Source: Candidatus Bathyarchaeota archaeon
GTDB lineage: Archaea > Thermoproteota > Bathyarchaeia > Bathyarchaeales > DTEX01
Reading direction: 5' to 3'
Assembly: GCA_003601835.1 (NCBI GenBank)
Contig: PIYB01000014.1
Coordinates: 1 to 61,770, forward strand
Length of the DNA: 61,770 nucleotides
The notes under the pieces: generated by a model
The model's database searches: none
Seen by the model: only the letters and a program-made list of their open reading frames with translations
Told to the model about the DNA's origin: nothing
Made by a program: the position numbers and the translations under genes
In this document: positions 37,320-46,801 of the stretch, in pieces
How the letters are laid out: each line of letters starts with the position of its first letter
Numbering within the stretch: position 1 is the first letter of the stretch

Positions 37320-37651
37320 AAATCTGCCTCCCATTTCTTACCATGCTGGGTGATGATTTTAAGCCCTAAGATTTCTAGGCATTGCAGGTTCACGTGTATG
37401 CTTGGTTCTAGGAAGAACGGGTGCAGGTTCCTGAAGATGCAGTGAAGATTGCCGTCGGTAAATCCAACTTCCAAATGATGGATTATGAGTCAAAGAGGTT
37501 CACTGCATAAGTCTTTTATATACAGATGAAAAACTATCAGCTGTTGCTTTATAAGCAAGGGAGGTAGTAACAAGTTCTGAAGCCCGCTATGCTTCCGGAG
37601 AAGATTTTAACCGTAAACATTAATGGCGTGTTCAAAGGGAGATTAGGATAA

Positions 37652-38923
37652 ATGAACATAATTCTGATGTTTGCTCTTGCGCTTATTGTTCTTCTGTATT
37701 TTTGGATAGCGTACAATGTTCCCATCTTGATAGTTGGAGTGAGACATGCGCTGCGTGCTAATCGCAAGAAGAAAGAAACAGCAGGCAAGAGCGAAACGAA
37801 AAATGCAGATCTGCCCACGGTGACCATTGTTGTCCCGGTTAAGGATGAGGAAAGAGTTGTCAGACGGTTGCTGGATGCACTGTTAAGATTGAAGTATCCG
37901 CCTGGCAAAAAGGAGATAGTTATGGTTGAGGACGCGTCAACGGATCAAACTCCGGAAGTATGCAGAGAGTACGTCCGCAAACACCCTAGCATGATAAGGT
38001 TCTTTCATCGAGATCGGTCGGAAGGAAAACCTTCAGCTTTGAATTATGGATTTGCGCAAGCGAAGGGAGAGATTGTCGCCGTCTTTGACGCAGATAACGT
38101 TCCAGAACCTGACATCTTGGAGAAAGCCGTCAGATACTTTGACGATCCTTCTGTAGCCGCAGTGCAGGGAACCACGTGCGCCATAAACGCTGAGGAGAGC
38201 ATGTTAACAAAAATTATCTCCTATGAGGAGGCAGTCTGGCTTAAAAACTATTTGCAGGGCAAGGACACGCTTAACTTGTTCGTCCCGTTAACGGGGAGCT
38301 GCCAGTTTATCCGCAGAGATGTTGCCAAGGAAGTTGGGCTTTGGGATGAAAACTGTTTAGCTGAAGACTTGGAGATGGCGGCGAGAATAACCGAGAACGG
38401 TTACAATATACGGTTCGCTCCGGATCTTGTTTCTTGGCAGGAGGCTCCTTCGAAGATTTCTCAGTTGATCAGGCAAAGGATAAGATGGTACCGGGGATAC
38501 ATGGAGGTCGCGATTAAGTACGGACGTTTCCTGAAGAAACTTGAGAAGAAAACGTTTGACGCTGAGGTTACATTAATAGGTCCCTACGTGTTAGCGTCAT
38601 TCTTCTTGAGCTATCTTATGTCTGTTTATTTCTCCATTTTTCCAGTTGATGCGCCCGTTCTCCTCGTAATGACAAAGATCACATTAATGTTCACCATGTT
38701 CACGCTTCTAACAGCGGGCGTTGCGTTGGTATGTGCGACTAGACCGATGAGAATCAAGAACATACTTTGGTTGCCTTTCATCTACGTCTATTTGAGTTTG
38801 CAATGTGTCCTTGCAGCAACAGCGTTCATGCAAATAATGTTCAGGCGTCCAAGACGGTGGACAAAAACTGAGAAGACCGGAAGCGCTACAAGGAACCCGG
38901 CGCGCAGTGCGTTGGAGACATGA
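37652..38923 (+). CDS. family 2 glycosyltransferase, processive-synthase type (membrane-embedded)
   Basis: 423 aa. One N-terminal TM, then VVPVKDEE, DASTDQT, FDADN (DxD), AEDLEM (ED), QRIRWYRG (QxxRW), then about 4 C-terminal TM helices. Confidence 0.8.
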   Translation: MNIILMFALALIVLLYFWIAYNVPILIVGVRHALRANRKKKETAGKSETKNADLPTVTIVVPVKDEERVVRRLLDALLRLKYPPGKKEIVMVEDASTDQTPEVCREYVRKHPSMIRFFHRDRSEGKPSALNYGFAQAKGEIVAVFDADNVPEPDILEKAVRYFDDPSVAAVQGTTCAINAEESMLTKIISYEEAVWLKNYLQGKDTLNLFVPLTGSCQFIRRDVAKEVGLWDENCLAEDLEMAARITENGYNIRFAPDLVSWQEAPSKISQLIRQRIRWYRGYMEVAIKYGRFLKKLEKKTFDAEVTLIGPYVLASFFLSYLMSVYFSIFPVDAPVLLVMTKITLMFTMFTLLTAGVALVCATRPMRIKNILWLPFIYVYLSLQCVLAATAFMQIMFRRPRRWTKTEKTGSATRNPARSALET

Positions 38924-39044
38924 AACCGTCGGAACATTTCATGAGTAAATTCTTGAACTCGGTTGGCGCTAAGGAGTTTATCCGGGTTTAACTTGTTTCT
39001 CGTTTTCTTGTGAAAAAGAAGAGGTTTATTGAAAATTATTCCTG

Positions 39045-39289
39045 TTAAGCTAATCTTGGAGCCATCGCTATAGCTGTGGTTGTCCGGTTTACTCCCTCTA
39101 TCTGTTGTATCTGGTTTATCATGTTACTTAGTTCACGTATGTTCAGAAACTCGGCGTAGGCGATGACATCGTATTGACCTGTTACGGCATGCGAAATTTT
39201 TATTCTCTTGATCTTCAGAATTTCATCCTTTCATCCGCGACCTTCCACAGCTTCCCCATATCCGTGTTTATGAAGATAAAAGCATTCAA
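39045..39289 (-). pseudogene. stand-alone Lrp/AsnC ligand-binding (RAM) domain gene disrupted by an 8-bp tandem duplication
   Basis: TTTCATCC occurs twice in tandem at 39221-39236. Deleting one copy restores a 78-aa ORF from TTG 39289: MNAFIFINTDMGKLWKVADEILKIKRIKISHAVTGQYDVIAYAEFLNIRELSNMINQIQQIEGVNRTTTAIAMAPRLA. This is a typical RAM-domain protein. As it stands, translation stops after 24 codons. Confidence 0.6.
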
Positions 39290-39460
39290 ACATGCATCCC
39301 TAACTTACAAGATTCAAGGAGAGTTAAAAGGTTTTTCGCAATAAAAGCAATTGAACTAGGCTTGCGTTAATTGCGGCGAATGATGATTCAAAACTGAATC
39401 AGTAAGATTTAAAAGACTCCTTGTTTAGAACAATTCAGAATGTTGTAGGCGAGGAGCTTT

Positions 39461-39799
39461 ATGGAATTTTGTCCCAAATGTGAAACTCGTCTTGTTCTCA
39501 AGCGGAAAAAGAACAGTAAAGGAGCCTTTCTTATGTGTCCCAAATGTGGCTATGAGAAGCCTGCGGACGCATCGATAACAATTCCGAAAGTTTCAAGCTT
39601 GAAGCCTCAAAACCAGATAATTGTTATCGGCAAAAAAGAACAGAAGCTGCAAACTCTTCCCACGGTTACGATTGAATGTCCAAAATGTGGAAACAACCAA
39701 GCGTACACGTGGCAGGTTCAAACCAGGGGCGCAGATGAGTCTTCAACCCAGTTCTTTAGATGCACAAAGTGCGGCTACACGTTTAGAGAATATAGCTAG
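39461..39799 (+). CDS. tfs: transcription factor S (TFS) / RNA polymerase subunit M-like
   Basis: 112 aa. N-terminal zinc ribbon CPKCETRL...CPKCG. C-terminal ribbon CPKCGNNQAYTWQVQTRGADESSTQFFRCTKCG carries the acidic-loop motif. Confidence 0.85.
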   Translation: MEFCPKCETRLVLKRKKNSKGAFLMCPKCGYEKPADASITIPKVSSLKPQNQIIVIGKKEQKLQTLPTVTIECPKCGNNQAYTWQVQTRGADESSTQFFRCTKCGYTFREYS

Positions 39800-39937
39800 C
39801 AATAACGGTTTTTTCTTCAAACATCTTGTCAAGTTTTCCATCTGACAATATTGCTTAAATGGCGGTTTGCCTTAAAGTTTTAAGTAATCTGCGGACAAAG
39901 AAGTATGCGCTGAAACGGTATTAATGGTGATCTGCAC

Positions 39938-40693
39938 TTGTTTAGGGTTAAAATATCAAATGCAAAGCTGTTGAGAGACGCCATCACCGCCATCTCGACG
40001 CTTATAGACGAGGGAACATTCACCGTAAGCCCTGAAGGGATCAAACTTCGAGCAATGGACCCTTCACGTGTCGCCATGGTGGACTTCACTATGCAGAAAA
40101 CAGCATTCGACGAATATGTTGCTGATGAAGAAACCAAGATATGTTTGAACCTCAGCGAGCTGTTGAAGCTCCTCAAGAGAGCGGGAAGAGACGAAGCCGT
40201 TGAGATACAACTGGACGAGAACACAGGACAATTCGTTATCACGATGAGAGGAAAATATGTGCGCACCTTCAGAATGCCAACCTTGGAAGCAAGCGAAGAC
40301 GAGGTTCCAACGCCGAAAATCACGTTCAACGCTAAGGTTACCTTAACAACAGACGGGTTTAGACAGTCCCTTGAGGACGTAGCGTTGGTCAGCGACCATG
40401 TTCGAATGGAGACTGATGGTGAAAAGATGACGATGACCGCTCGAGGCGACATCATGGGAGCAAATATAGAACTCCTAAAAGGAAGCGACGCCCTGCTTTC
40501 TGTGGAAGCTAAAGAACCGTCAAAGTCAACCTTTCCCCTCAGCTACCTCTCTGAAATCGTTAAAGCAGCATCCGCCACATCAGACATCGTTACGCTCGAA
40601 TTCTCAACAGACATGCCTATCCGTTTAGACTTCAAGCAAACTTATGACGGAACACTCGTCTATTACTTAGCGCCCAGAATAGAAGTTGAATAG
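39938..40693 (+). CDS. pcn: DNA polymerase sliding clamp PCNA
   Basis: 251 aa. FRVKISNAKLLRDAITAISTLIDEGTF...GIKLRAMDPSRVAMVDF matches archaeal PCNA from residue 1. The start codon is TTG. Confidence 0.9.
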   Translation: MFRVKISNAKLLRDAITAISTLIDEGTFTVSPEGIKLRAMDPSRVAMVDFTMQKTAFDEYVADEETKICLNLSELLKLLKRAGRDEAVEIQLDENTGQFVITMRGKYVRTFRMPTLEASEDEVPTPKITFNAKVTLTTDGFRQSLEDVALVSDHVRMETDGEKMTMTARGDIMGANIELLKGSDALLSVEAKEPSKSTFPLSYLSEIVKAASATSDIVTLEFSTDMPIRLDFKQTYDGTLVYYLAPRIEVE

Positions 40694-40732
40694 AATCGAT
40701 ATTAAGATGGGATTTTTAAAAGGAAGGTAAGG

Positions 40733-41785
40733 TTGGTTCTAACAAGATTTGACCTAGCTAAGTATCCGTTTGTGCTTGACGCGGCTGAAGAAGTTAGACG
40801 CTTAGACCTAGACATTGGAAACCTTGAGAATCCAGCCCTTAAAGCCATTCTTGACAGGGCTGAAAACCGAATTGAGGAGGCTTTAAGAAACAGCCCTCCG
40901 GAAGTCAGCTATCGCCCGCGTGAAGAAGATGTTGAAATTCCTTCTTTTCCTGTAGCTGTGATACTGGCTGCTGCTTCCGGCAACGATTACATTAAGAGGC
41001 GTTACGCCCTAGCTGAGGCGATACGGGCGTATAAGCTCCTACAAGATGAGGATGAAAAGAAGGTTCTGGAAATAGCGAAGGTGTTCAACTGGAACATTCA
41101 AAACGTCAAGAAAATCATCGGGCATAGAAGATACGATTTTGCTCTTTCATTCACTGATTTCTTAAGAAACGCGAAGTTGTTCCACGAGATGGAATGGAAG
41201 CTAGTTAACAGGATGCTAGTGAAAGGAAAGGTTTATCTCCGGCAACGTGAGGCTGCACGGCTTCTCCAAGAGGAGATACGGAGACGCATCGAGGAAAGGC
41301 TTCGTTCAGACGTAAGGTCTATGCTTCCCGAACCGGTTCTCAGACGTATTGACGACTTGAAACGTAAATACGCCAGTCGCATAGCAAAAGCGCAGTTCCA
41401 AGATTTTCCTCGGCAAGTTGTTAACGAAGCGTTTCCTCCATGCATCAGAATGCTTTATGATGCAGCCAAGTCTGGGCAGCACGTTTCCCATCTTGGACGG
41501 TTCACGTTAACCTCGTTTCTCATAAACATAGGCATGAAACCTGAGAAGGTTGTTGATCTTTTCCGTTCGTCGTCGGACTTCAATGTGAGAATCGCACGTT
41601 ATCAGGTTGAGCACATAGCTGGTCAAAGGGGGTCCAGAACAAGATACAAGCCGCCGAGATGTGAAACGTTAAAGACTCACGGGTTGTGTCCTGGTCCAGA
41701 TGACTTGTGTAAAACCATTCGGCGTCCCCTTAGCTACTATGGGAAGAAGACGAGAACGCTTAAGAAGGAAGTTTCCGCTAACTAG
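40733..41785 (+). CDS. priL: DNA primase large subunit PriL
   Basis: 350 aa. Conserved FPPCIRML Fe-S region plus C-terminal Cys residues (PPRCETLKTHGLCPGPDDLC). TTG start. Confidence 0.8.
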   Translation: MVLTRFDLAKYPFVLDAAEEVRRLDLDIGNLENPALKAILDRAENRIEEALRNSPPEVSYRPREEDVEIPSFPVAVILAAASGNDYIKRRYALAEAIRAYKLLQDEDEKKVLEIAKVFNWNIQNVKKIIGHRRYDFALSFTDFLRNAKLFHEMEWKLVNRMLVKGKVYLRQREAARLLQEEIRRRIEERLRSDVRSMLPEPVLRRIDDLKRKYASRIAKAQFQDFPRQVVNEAFPPCIRMLYDAAKSGQHVSHLGRFTLTSFLINIGMKPEKVVDLFRSSSDFNVRIARYQVEHIAGQRGSRTRYKPPRCETLKTHGLCPGPDDLCKTIRRPLSYYGKKTRTLKKEVSAN

Positions 41786-41787
41786 GT

Positions 41788-43029
41788 ATGAGGATGGACA
41801 CCAAATCATTTATCCAAAAACGGTTCTCCGAGTTTTACCGGGAAAAAGCATCGGACATTGAGGCTCCACGGTTAATTGAACAACGGGAGTTTGGGTTTCT
41901 CCTCTTCAAAGGGAACGTTATGGTTAGACACAAAAGTTTCGGCACAGTTGAGGCTCTCCGGTCTTTCGTGAAGCAGATTGTTCCTGCTCACGCCTACTAT
42001 TCCACGGCATATTATGAAGCACCAGAAGAGAAGATGGAGAATAAAGGATGGTTAGGCGCTGACCTTTACTTTGACATCGACGCAGACCACATCCCAACTG
42101 AATGCGGAAAAATTCATGACAGATGGAAATGCAAAACCTGCGGCTTCACCGGCAAAGGTGTCACCCCTGAAACCTGTCCCATGTGCGGCGGAAAAACGTT
42201 CGAGAATAAAACGTGGCCGTGCGAAGTCTGCCTTGAATCAGCCAAGTCGGAAATGGTGAAGCTTGTTGACATTCTAGTTGAAGAGTTCGGCTTTTCTCCG
42301 GATGAGGTTGAGGTTTCCTTTAGTGGACACCGAGGATACCACGTTCATGTGGAGAACGAGGTTGTGAAGGAGCTGGATTCGGTTGCCCGTAAAGAGATAG
42401 TTGATTACATCACAGGCGTAGGGTTGGAAGCAGCCTTGCACGGTGTCGGAACACGCAGCCATGTCACGTCTTCTGGTTCTTCAGGAAGAGGGTTCGATAA
42501 CATCGGTTGGCGCGGCAGAATTTCACGGGGCGCATACAAGGTTCTGTCGGCTGCCACGGAAGAGGATTTGAAAAACTTAGGGCTGAAAGAAAAAGCAGTA
42601 GAGAAGATTCTCTCCAATAAGGAGTTGATTCTGAAGACTTGGGAGAGAAGTGGACCGTGGCAACCAATAGGGGGATTAAGTAAGGACGCGTTGCAAGCAA
42701 TCATCAACCGAGCTGTACAAAACGAATCTGCCAAGATTGACACGGTGGTTACCACAGACATCCATAGGTTAATACGTTTGCCCAACAGTCTTCATGGTAA
42801 GACAGGCTGGCTTAAGGTTGTGTTTCCAACATCGGAGATTGAAAGGTTTGACCCGTTGAAAAACGCCGTAGCCTTCAAAAAGGGAGAAGCTAAAGTATAC
42901 GTGGACGAAGCTCCTAGGTTTAGGCTGGGAGAAGAACTGTTTGGTCCCTTCAAACACGAGAAGGTTGAGCTACCGATGGCAGCCGCAGTTTTTCTGCTGT
43001 GCAAAGGCGCAGCTGAACTGGTGGAATAG
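41788..43029 (+). CDS. priS: DNA primase catalytic subunit PriS
   Basis: 413 aa. Catalytic LYFDIDADH, zinc knuckle CKTCGF...[16 protein letters not shown]. Starts 2 nt after the priL stop. Confidence 0.85.
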   Translation: MRMDTKSFIQKRFSEFYREKASDIEAPRLIEQREFGFLLFKGNVMVRHKSFGTVEALRSFVKQIVPAHAYYSTAYYEAPEEKMENKGWLGADLYFDIDADHIPTECGKIHDRWKCKTCGFTGKGVTPETCPMCGGKTFENKTWPCEVCLESAKSEMVKLVDILVEEFGFSPDEVEVSFSGHRGYHVHVENEVVKELDSVARKEIVDYITGVGLEAALHGVGTRSHVTSSGSSGRGFDNIGWRGRISRGAYKVLSAATEEDLKNLGLKEKAVEKILSNKELILKTWERSGPWQPIGGLSKDALQAIINRAVQNESAKIDTVVTTDIHRLIRLPNSLHGKTGWLKVVFPTSEIERFDPLKNAVAFKKGEAKVYVDEAPRFRLGEELFGPFKHEKVELPMAAAVFLLCKGAAELVE

Positions 43030-43031
43030 CC

Positions 43032-43580
43032 TTGTACGATGAACTGTTCGAAGCTTGGAGAAAAGAGAAGGAGAATTCGGATATACAGGCGCTTCCTAAA
43101 GGCTTCTATCGGAACGTAGCGGCTTACATCAAGAAGATTCGCGAAGAAAAGCGGATGTTAGACGAGAGAACCCTCAAAGGCAGGCTTATCCAGAAAGAAG
43201 AAGCGAACGTTAAGCGCATGATTAAGGAACTCGTCGAAACCCGCCGCGAAAAAATTATGCAAAAAATCTCAAACGGAGAAATTGTTCCCATAGCAGCATT
43301 AGCGGAAGAGGAAGAAAACTTTTACAAAGAAGCATCCTTCCAAGCTGACTCTTTTCAGAACTTCATGGAAAACCTCTTGCAGGGAAGATTGCTAGAAAAA
43401 ACAAGCACGAAACCCTCCGGCTTCATGGTTGTCAGAATCCTCCAAGAACTACCGGAGATAATAGGAGCCGACATGAAAACCTACGGACCGTTCAAACCGG
43501 AAGACATCGCAACCCTCCCCAAAGAAAACGCCAAAAACCTCATCAAACAAGGCGCCGCCATGGAAGTCGAAACCCAATAA
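43032..43580 (+). CDS. GINS complex subunit (Gins51/Gins15-like)
   Basis: 182 aa. The N-terminus [22 protein letters not shown] is typical of archaeal GINS. Lies 2 nt after the priS stop. TTG start. Confidence 0.6.
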   Translation: MYDELFEAWRKEKENSDIQALPKGFYRNVAAYIKKIREEKRMLDERTLKGRLIQKEEANVKRMIKELVETRREKIMQKISNGEIVPIAALAEEEENFYKEASFQADSFQNFMENLLQGRLLEKTSTKPSGFMVVRILQELPEIIGADMKTYGPFKPEDIATLPKENAKNLIKQGAAMEVETQ

Positions 43581-43624
43581 ACACGAACTCTCTCTGAAAC
43601 CAACACCCACCCATATGATTCGTC

Positions 43625-43712
43625 AGAAATCGAAAGAATTCGTTAGAGTCTTTCTTTTCTATATAAATGAAATAGAAAGAATTCGAAAGAACCTTTATAA
43701 AGAAAAAATTTT
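43625..43712 (+). repeat. dispersed intergenic element, composite copy B (partial left arm, inverted TATA module, full direct copy)
   Basis: AGAAATCGAAAGAATTCG at 43625-43642. The reverse complement of 43651-43668 reads ATTTATATAGAAAAGAAA. GAAAGAATTCGAAAGAACCTTTATAAAGAAAAAATTTT at 43675-43712 matches copy A at 23107-23146. Confidence 0.7.
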
Positions 43713-43820
43713 GAATTCTGACGACGCTCATTTTTGTTGGAAAAAAATAAAAGAAAGGTTGTTTGCGTTGCTTTTATTTGTATAAAACATTATGATATGC
43801 ATGAAGGAAGGATTGGCTCA

Positions 43821-45365
43821 ATGAATCTTAGGGCTAAGATTTTAGGCTTAGAAGCTGGAGGAAAATTTGTTGTTGTTCTCAACAGGGAAGACGCTGAGGA
43901 TCTCACCGTTTCAAGCCTCGAAAGAGTTCGAATGAAAAAGAACGGAAAAGAAGTCATTGCAATTGTGAACACTACGGCGAAGCTAATCGAAAAAGGCACG
44001 GTTGGAATCTACGAGGAGGTCAAGAACAGCCTAGGCTTGAAGGAAGGCGACTCTATCGACGTAGAGATTGCGTCGCTACCAAGTTCAGTTCACTTCATAA
44101 GAAACAAGCTTGCAGGAAGAAAACTCACGTACGAAGAGATCCTTGAGATAATCACCGACGTCGTGAAGGGTAGGCTAAGCGAGATTGAAATAGCGTCGTT
44201 CGTGACTGCTCTCCACGCGTTTGGATTAGACCTAGATGAGGCTACAAGCCTTTCCCGCGCCATGGTTGAAACCGGAAGCACATTAAAAATTGACAAGCCC
44301 TTGATTGTGGATAAACATTCAATCGGAGGGGTTCCAGGCGACAAAACAAGCATGCTGGTTGTGCCGATAGTTGCAGCTGCCGGTTTAACGATACCGAAAT
44401 CTTCTTCGAGAGCCATCACATCCGCGGCTGGAACAGCGGACAGAGTTGAGGTTTTGATGCCTGTAGGGTTAAGCCTAGACGAGATGCGGGAGGTTATTGA
44501 AAAAACAAACGGCTGCATGGTTTGGGGCGGAACGTTGAACTTGGCGCCTGCAGACGACATGTTTGTCAGGGTTGAACATCCCCTTTCAATCGACCCGTTG
44601 CTACTGCCGTCCATAATGAGTAAAAAGAAGGCGGTGGGAACGAACATCATGGTTCTCGACATTCCAACAGGCAGAGGCACAAAGGTTAAAACAATAGGTG
44701 ACGCAGACCTGTTAGCGAAAGATTTTATGGAGTTAGGTCGCCGCCTAGACATCAAGGTGAACTGCGCAGTAACCTACGGAGAACAACCAGTTGGACACAC
44801 GATAGGACCCGCTCTGGAGGCACGAGAGGCTCTAGGGGTCTTAACCGGCGTAGCAAAGGCGCCTGACTTGGTGGACAAAGCAACGGACATTGCAGGCATG
44901 CTTCTGGAAATGAGCGGCAGAAAGAACGGAAAACAGATTGCACTGGAAATCCTCAGGTCAGGTAAAGCTGAAAGAAAGATGCGGGAGATCATAGAAGCTC
45001 AAGGCGGAAACCCTGAGGTTAATCCTGAGGACATAGCGGTCGGTGACCAAACGTACACTGTTCGCTCAAACAGAGAAGGAATCCTTCTGTGGATAAACAA
45101 CGTTTCCCTCGTTGAAACAGCTAGGCTGGCAGGAGCACCTAAAGACAAAGGCGCAGGCGTTTACATTTACAAGAAGATAGGTGACCCAGTTAAAAAGAAT
45201 GAACCGTTATTCACGGTGTATGCTGAAAGAAACGTTAAGCTGCAAAGAGCGTTAGATCACCTTGAGAAGTCTCTTGTCCTTGGCATAGGCGAGAGAATGG
45301 AGATGCTTATTCACGAGGTTAGAGAGCGTCCCGTCACCAGGAAGACGTTTATGCTTGAAAGGTAA
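43821..45365 (+). CDS. deoA: AMP phosphorylase (thymidine phosphorylase family, archaeal type)
   Basis: N-terminal extra domain (MNLRAKILGLEAGGKFVVVLN), then HSIGGVPGDKTS and SSRAITSAAGTAD motifs. Start set at ATG 43821, which follows GAAGGAAGG. Confidence 0.8.
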   Translation: MNLRAKILGLEAGGKFVVVLNREDAEDLTVSSLERVRMKKNGKEVIAIVNTTAKLIEKGTVGIYEEVKNSLGLKEGDSIDVEIASLPSSVHFIRNKLAGRKLTYEEILEIITDVVKGRLSEIEIASFVTALHAFGLDLDEATSLSRAMVETGSTLKIDKPLIVDKHSIGGVPGDKTSMLVVPIVAAAGLTIPKSSSRAITSAAGTADRVEVLMPVGLSLDEMREVIEKTNGCMVWGGTLNLAPADDMFVRVEHPLSIDPLLLPSIMSKKKAVGTNIMVLDIPTGRGTKVKTIGDADLLAKDFMELGRRLDIKVNCAVTYGEQPVGHTIGPALEAREALGVLTGVAKAPDLVDKATDIAGMLLEMSGRKNGKQIALEILRSGKAERKMREIIEAQGGNPEVNPEDIAVGDQTYTVRSNREGILLWINNVSLVETARLAGAPKDKGAGVYIYKKIGDPVKKNEPLFTVYAERNVKLQRALDHLEKSLVLGIGERMEMLIHEVRERPVTRKTFMLER

Positions 45366-45391
45366 ACCGAAACCAAAAAGGGTATAGGCTC

Positions 45392-46108
45392 TTGATACGT
45401 GCAGTAACATTTGACCTGTGGAACACACTGATTGAAAACAAACATTACACAGAGGTCCGGGTTCGCATCTTAGCTGAAGCACTGAAGAAGAACGGTTTCT
45501 CAAAAGACTTTCAGGCGATAAAAGAAGCCTACCTTTCAACTCACACCTATGCTTACAGGGTCTGGCAACATGAAAACCACCGCTTTGTTCCAACAAAGGA
45601 AAGACTGGAATACATTCTAAAGAACCTTTCCGCACAGTTGCCTGAAGACCTGAAGGCGAAGATTGTGAAGGAATTCGAGGAAACTGCGCTTTCAGATCCC
45701 CCGCGACTGACTGAAGGCGTGAAAGAAACGCTTGAATGTTTAAGCCCCCGGTACAAAATGGGCATCATCAGCGACAGCGGAGTAACCCCAGGCAGGATTC
45801 TGAGAACCATCCTTTCGGAACATCACATCTTGAAACATTTCGATGTTACGGTTTTCTCCGATGAGACTGGATACAACAAGCCGCACAGAATAATGTTCGA
45901 GACTGCTCTGACAAAATTGCATGTGAAGCCTCATGAGACAATGCATGTTGGAGACCTTTTGCAAACCGACGTTGCAGGCGCAAAGACAATCGGCATGAAG
46001 GTCACATGGTTGAACAAAGAAGGAAGAATCTGCGCCGGATGTTACAAGCCTGACTACGAGATCGAAGCAGTCACACAAATAATCGATGTTTTGAACGGAA
46101 TCCACTAA
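45392..46108 (+). CDS. HAD superfamily hydrolase
   Basis: 238 aa. Motif I VTFDLWNTL, motif II ISDSG, motif IV HVGDLLQTDVAGA. Confidence 0.75.
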   Translation: MIRAVTFDLWNTLIENKHYTEVRVRILAEALKKNGFSKDFQAIKEAYLSTHTYAYRVWQHENHRFVPTKERLEYILKNLSAQLPEDLKAKIVKEFEETALSDPPRLTEGVKETLECLSPRYKMGIISDSGVTPGRILRTILSEHHILKHFDVTVFSDETGYNKPHRIMFETALTKLHVKPHETMHVGDLLQTDVAGAKTIGMKVTWLNKEGRICAGCYKPDYEIEAVTQIIDVLNGIH

Positions 46109-46127
46109 TCGGTCCGCCGCACCCAAT

Positions 46128-46685
46128 CTACAGCATGTGTTCAGCGAGTATCTTTATCCCGATGCATATGAGGATTAAGCCGCCGACAACCTCGATCTTG
46201 CGTCCGAGGATTCGTCCGAACTTGTTGCCGATGTAGACTCCTAGAAAGGACAGCGCGAAACTCACGGCTGCGATGAGCATCACAGGGAAAAATATGAGGG
46301 TTCTCAGAAACGCTAGGCTTACACCCACAGCGAGAGCATCTATGCTTGTAGCAACAGACTGCATGAACAGAAGGTAACCGTTCAGCGATCTACCTTCCTG
46401 TTTACTTTTCTCACCCCAGAGCGCTTCATACATCATTTTGCACCCGATGAATCCTAGAAGCCCAAACGCCACCCAATGGTCAATCCCTGAGATAATGTCC
46501 AGTATGCTTATTCCTCCCAGCCACCCCATGATCGCCATGAAGCCTTGAAAAAACCCAAAGGCAACGCCCATCTTCAAGGCGAGGCTGAACTTTGGCTGGG
46601 TCGTTGTCAACCCATTGGCGATTGAGACGGAGAAGGAGTCCATTGCCAATCCCAAGGCGATGATTAAGCTCATCACGGCGTCCAT
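46128..46685 (-). CDS. mntP: manganese efflux pump MntP family
   Basis: 185 aa with six hydrophobic helices. LGLAMDSFSVSIANG and SIDALAVGVSLA are the duplicated DUF204 motifs. Confidence 0.8.
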   Translation of the reverse strand: MDAVMSLIIALGLAMDSFSVSIANGLTTTQPKFSLALKMGVAFGFFQGFMAIMGWLGGISILDIISGIDHWVAFGLLGFIGCKMMYEALWGEKSKQEGRSLNGYLLFMQSVATSIDALAVGVSLAFLRTLIFFPVMLIAAVSFALSFLGVYIGNKFGRILGRKIEVVGGLILICIGIKILAEHML

Positions 46686-46801
46686 CGGGTGACCACTTCC
46701 CTCGGCGGTCTGCTCCGCCTAACAACTAATTAGGCACTTATAAGCTTATTTTTTGGTGATGGCGCAATCCGCAGAAGCTGCTAGGAAGCCTGGGGCCCGG
46801 G

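Noticed and set aside
39381-39410. Possible C/D box sRNA: AATGATGA followed by CTGA upstream of tfs.
   Set aside because: The guide spacing is only 7 nt. The sequence is better explained as a small hairpin, TGATTCA-AAAC-TGAATCA.
39880-40455. 191-aa ORF antisense to PCNA. Similar long antisense ORFs occur at 44090-44755, 59752-60363, 26916-27389, 757-1206 and 37549-37908.
   Set aside because: Each lies fully inside a gene with strong family motifs on the other strand. Their composition is low-complexity Ser/Pro/Arg-rich, typical of shadow frames, and none carries a recognisable motif.
43543-43731. 62-aa ORF across the repeat element.
   Set aside because: It is composed of the AT-rich repeat itself (FFFIKVL...FYFIYIEKK), so it is an artefact of repeat composition.
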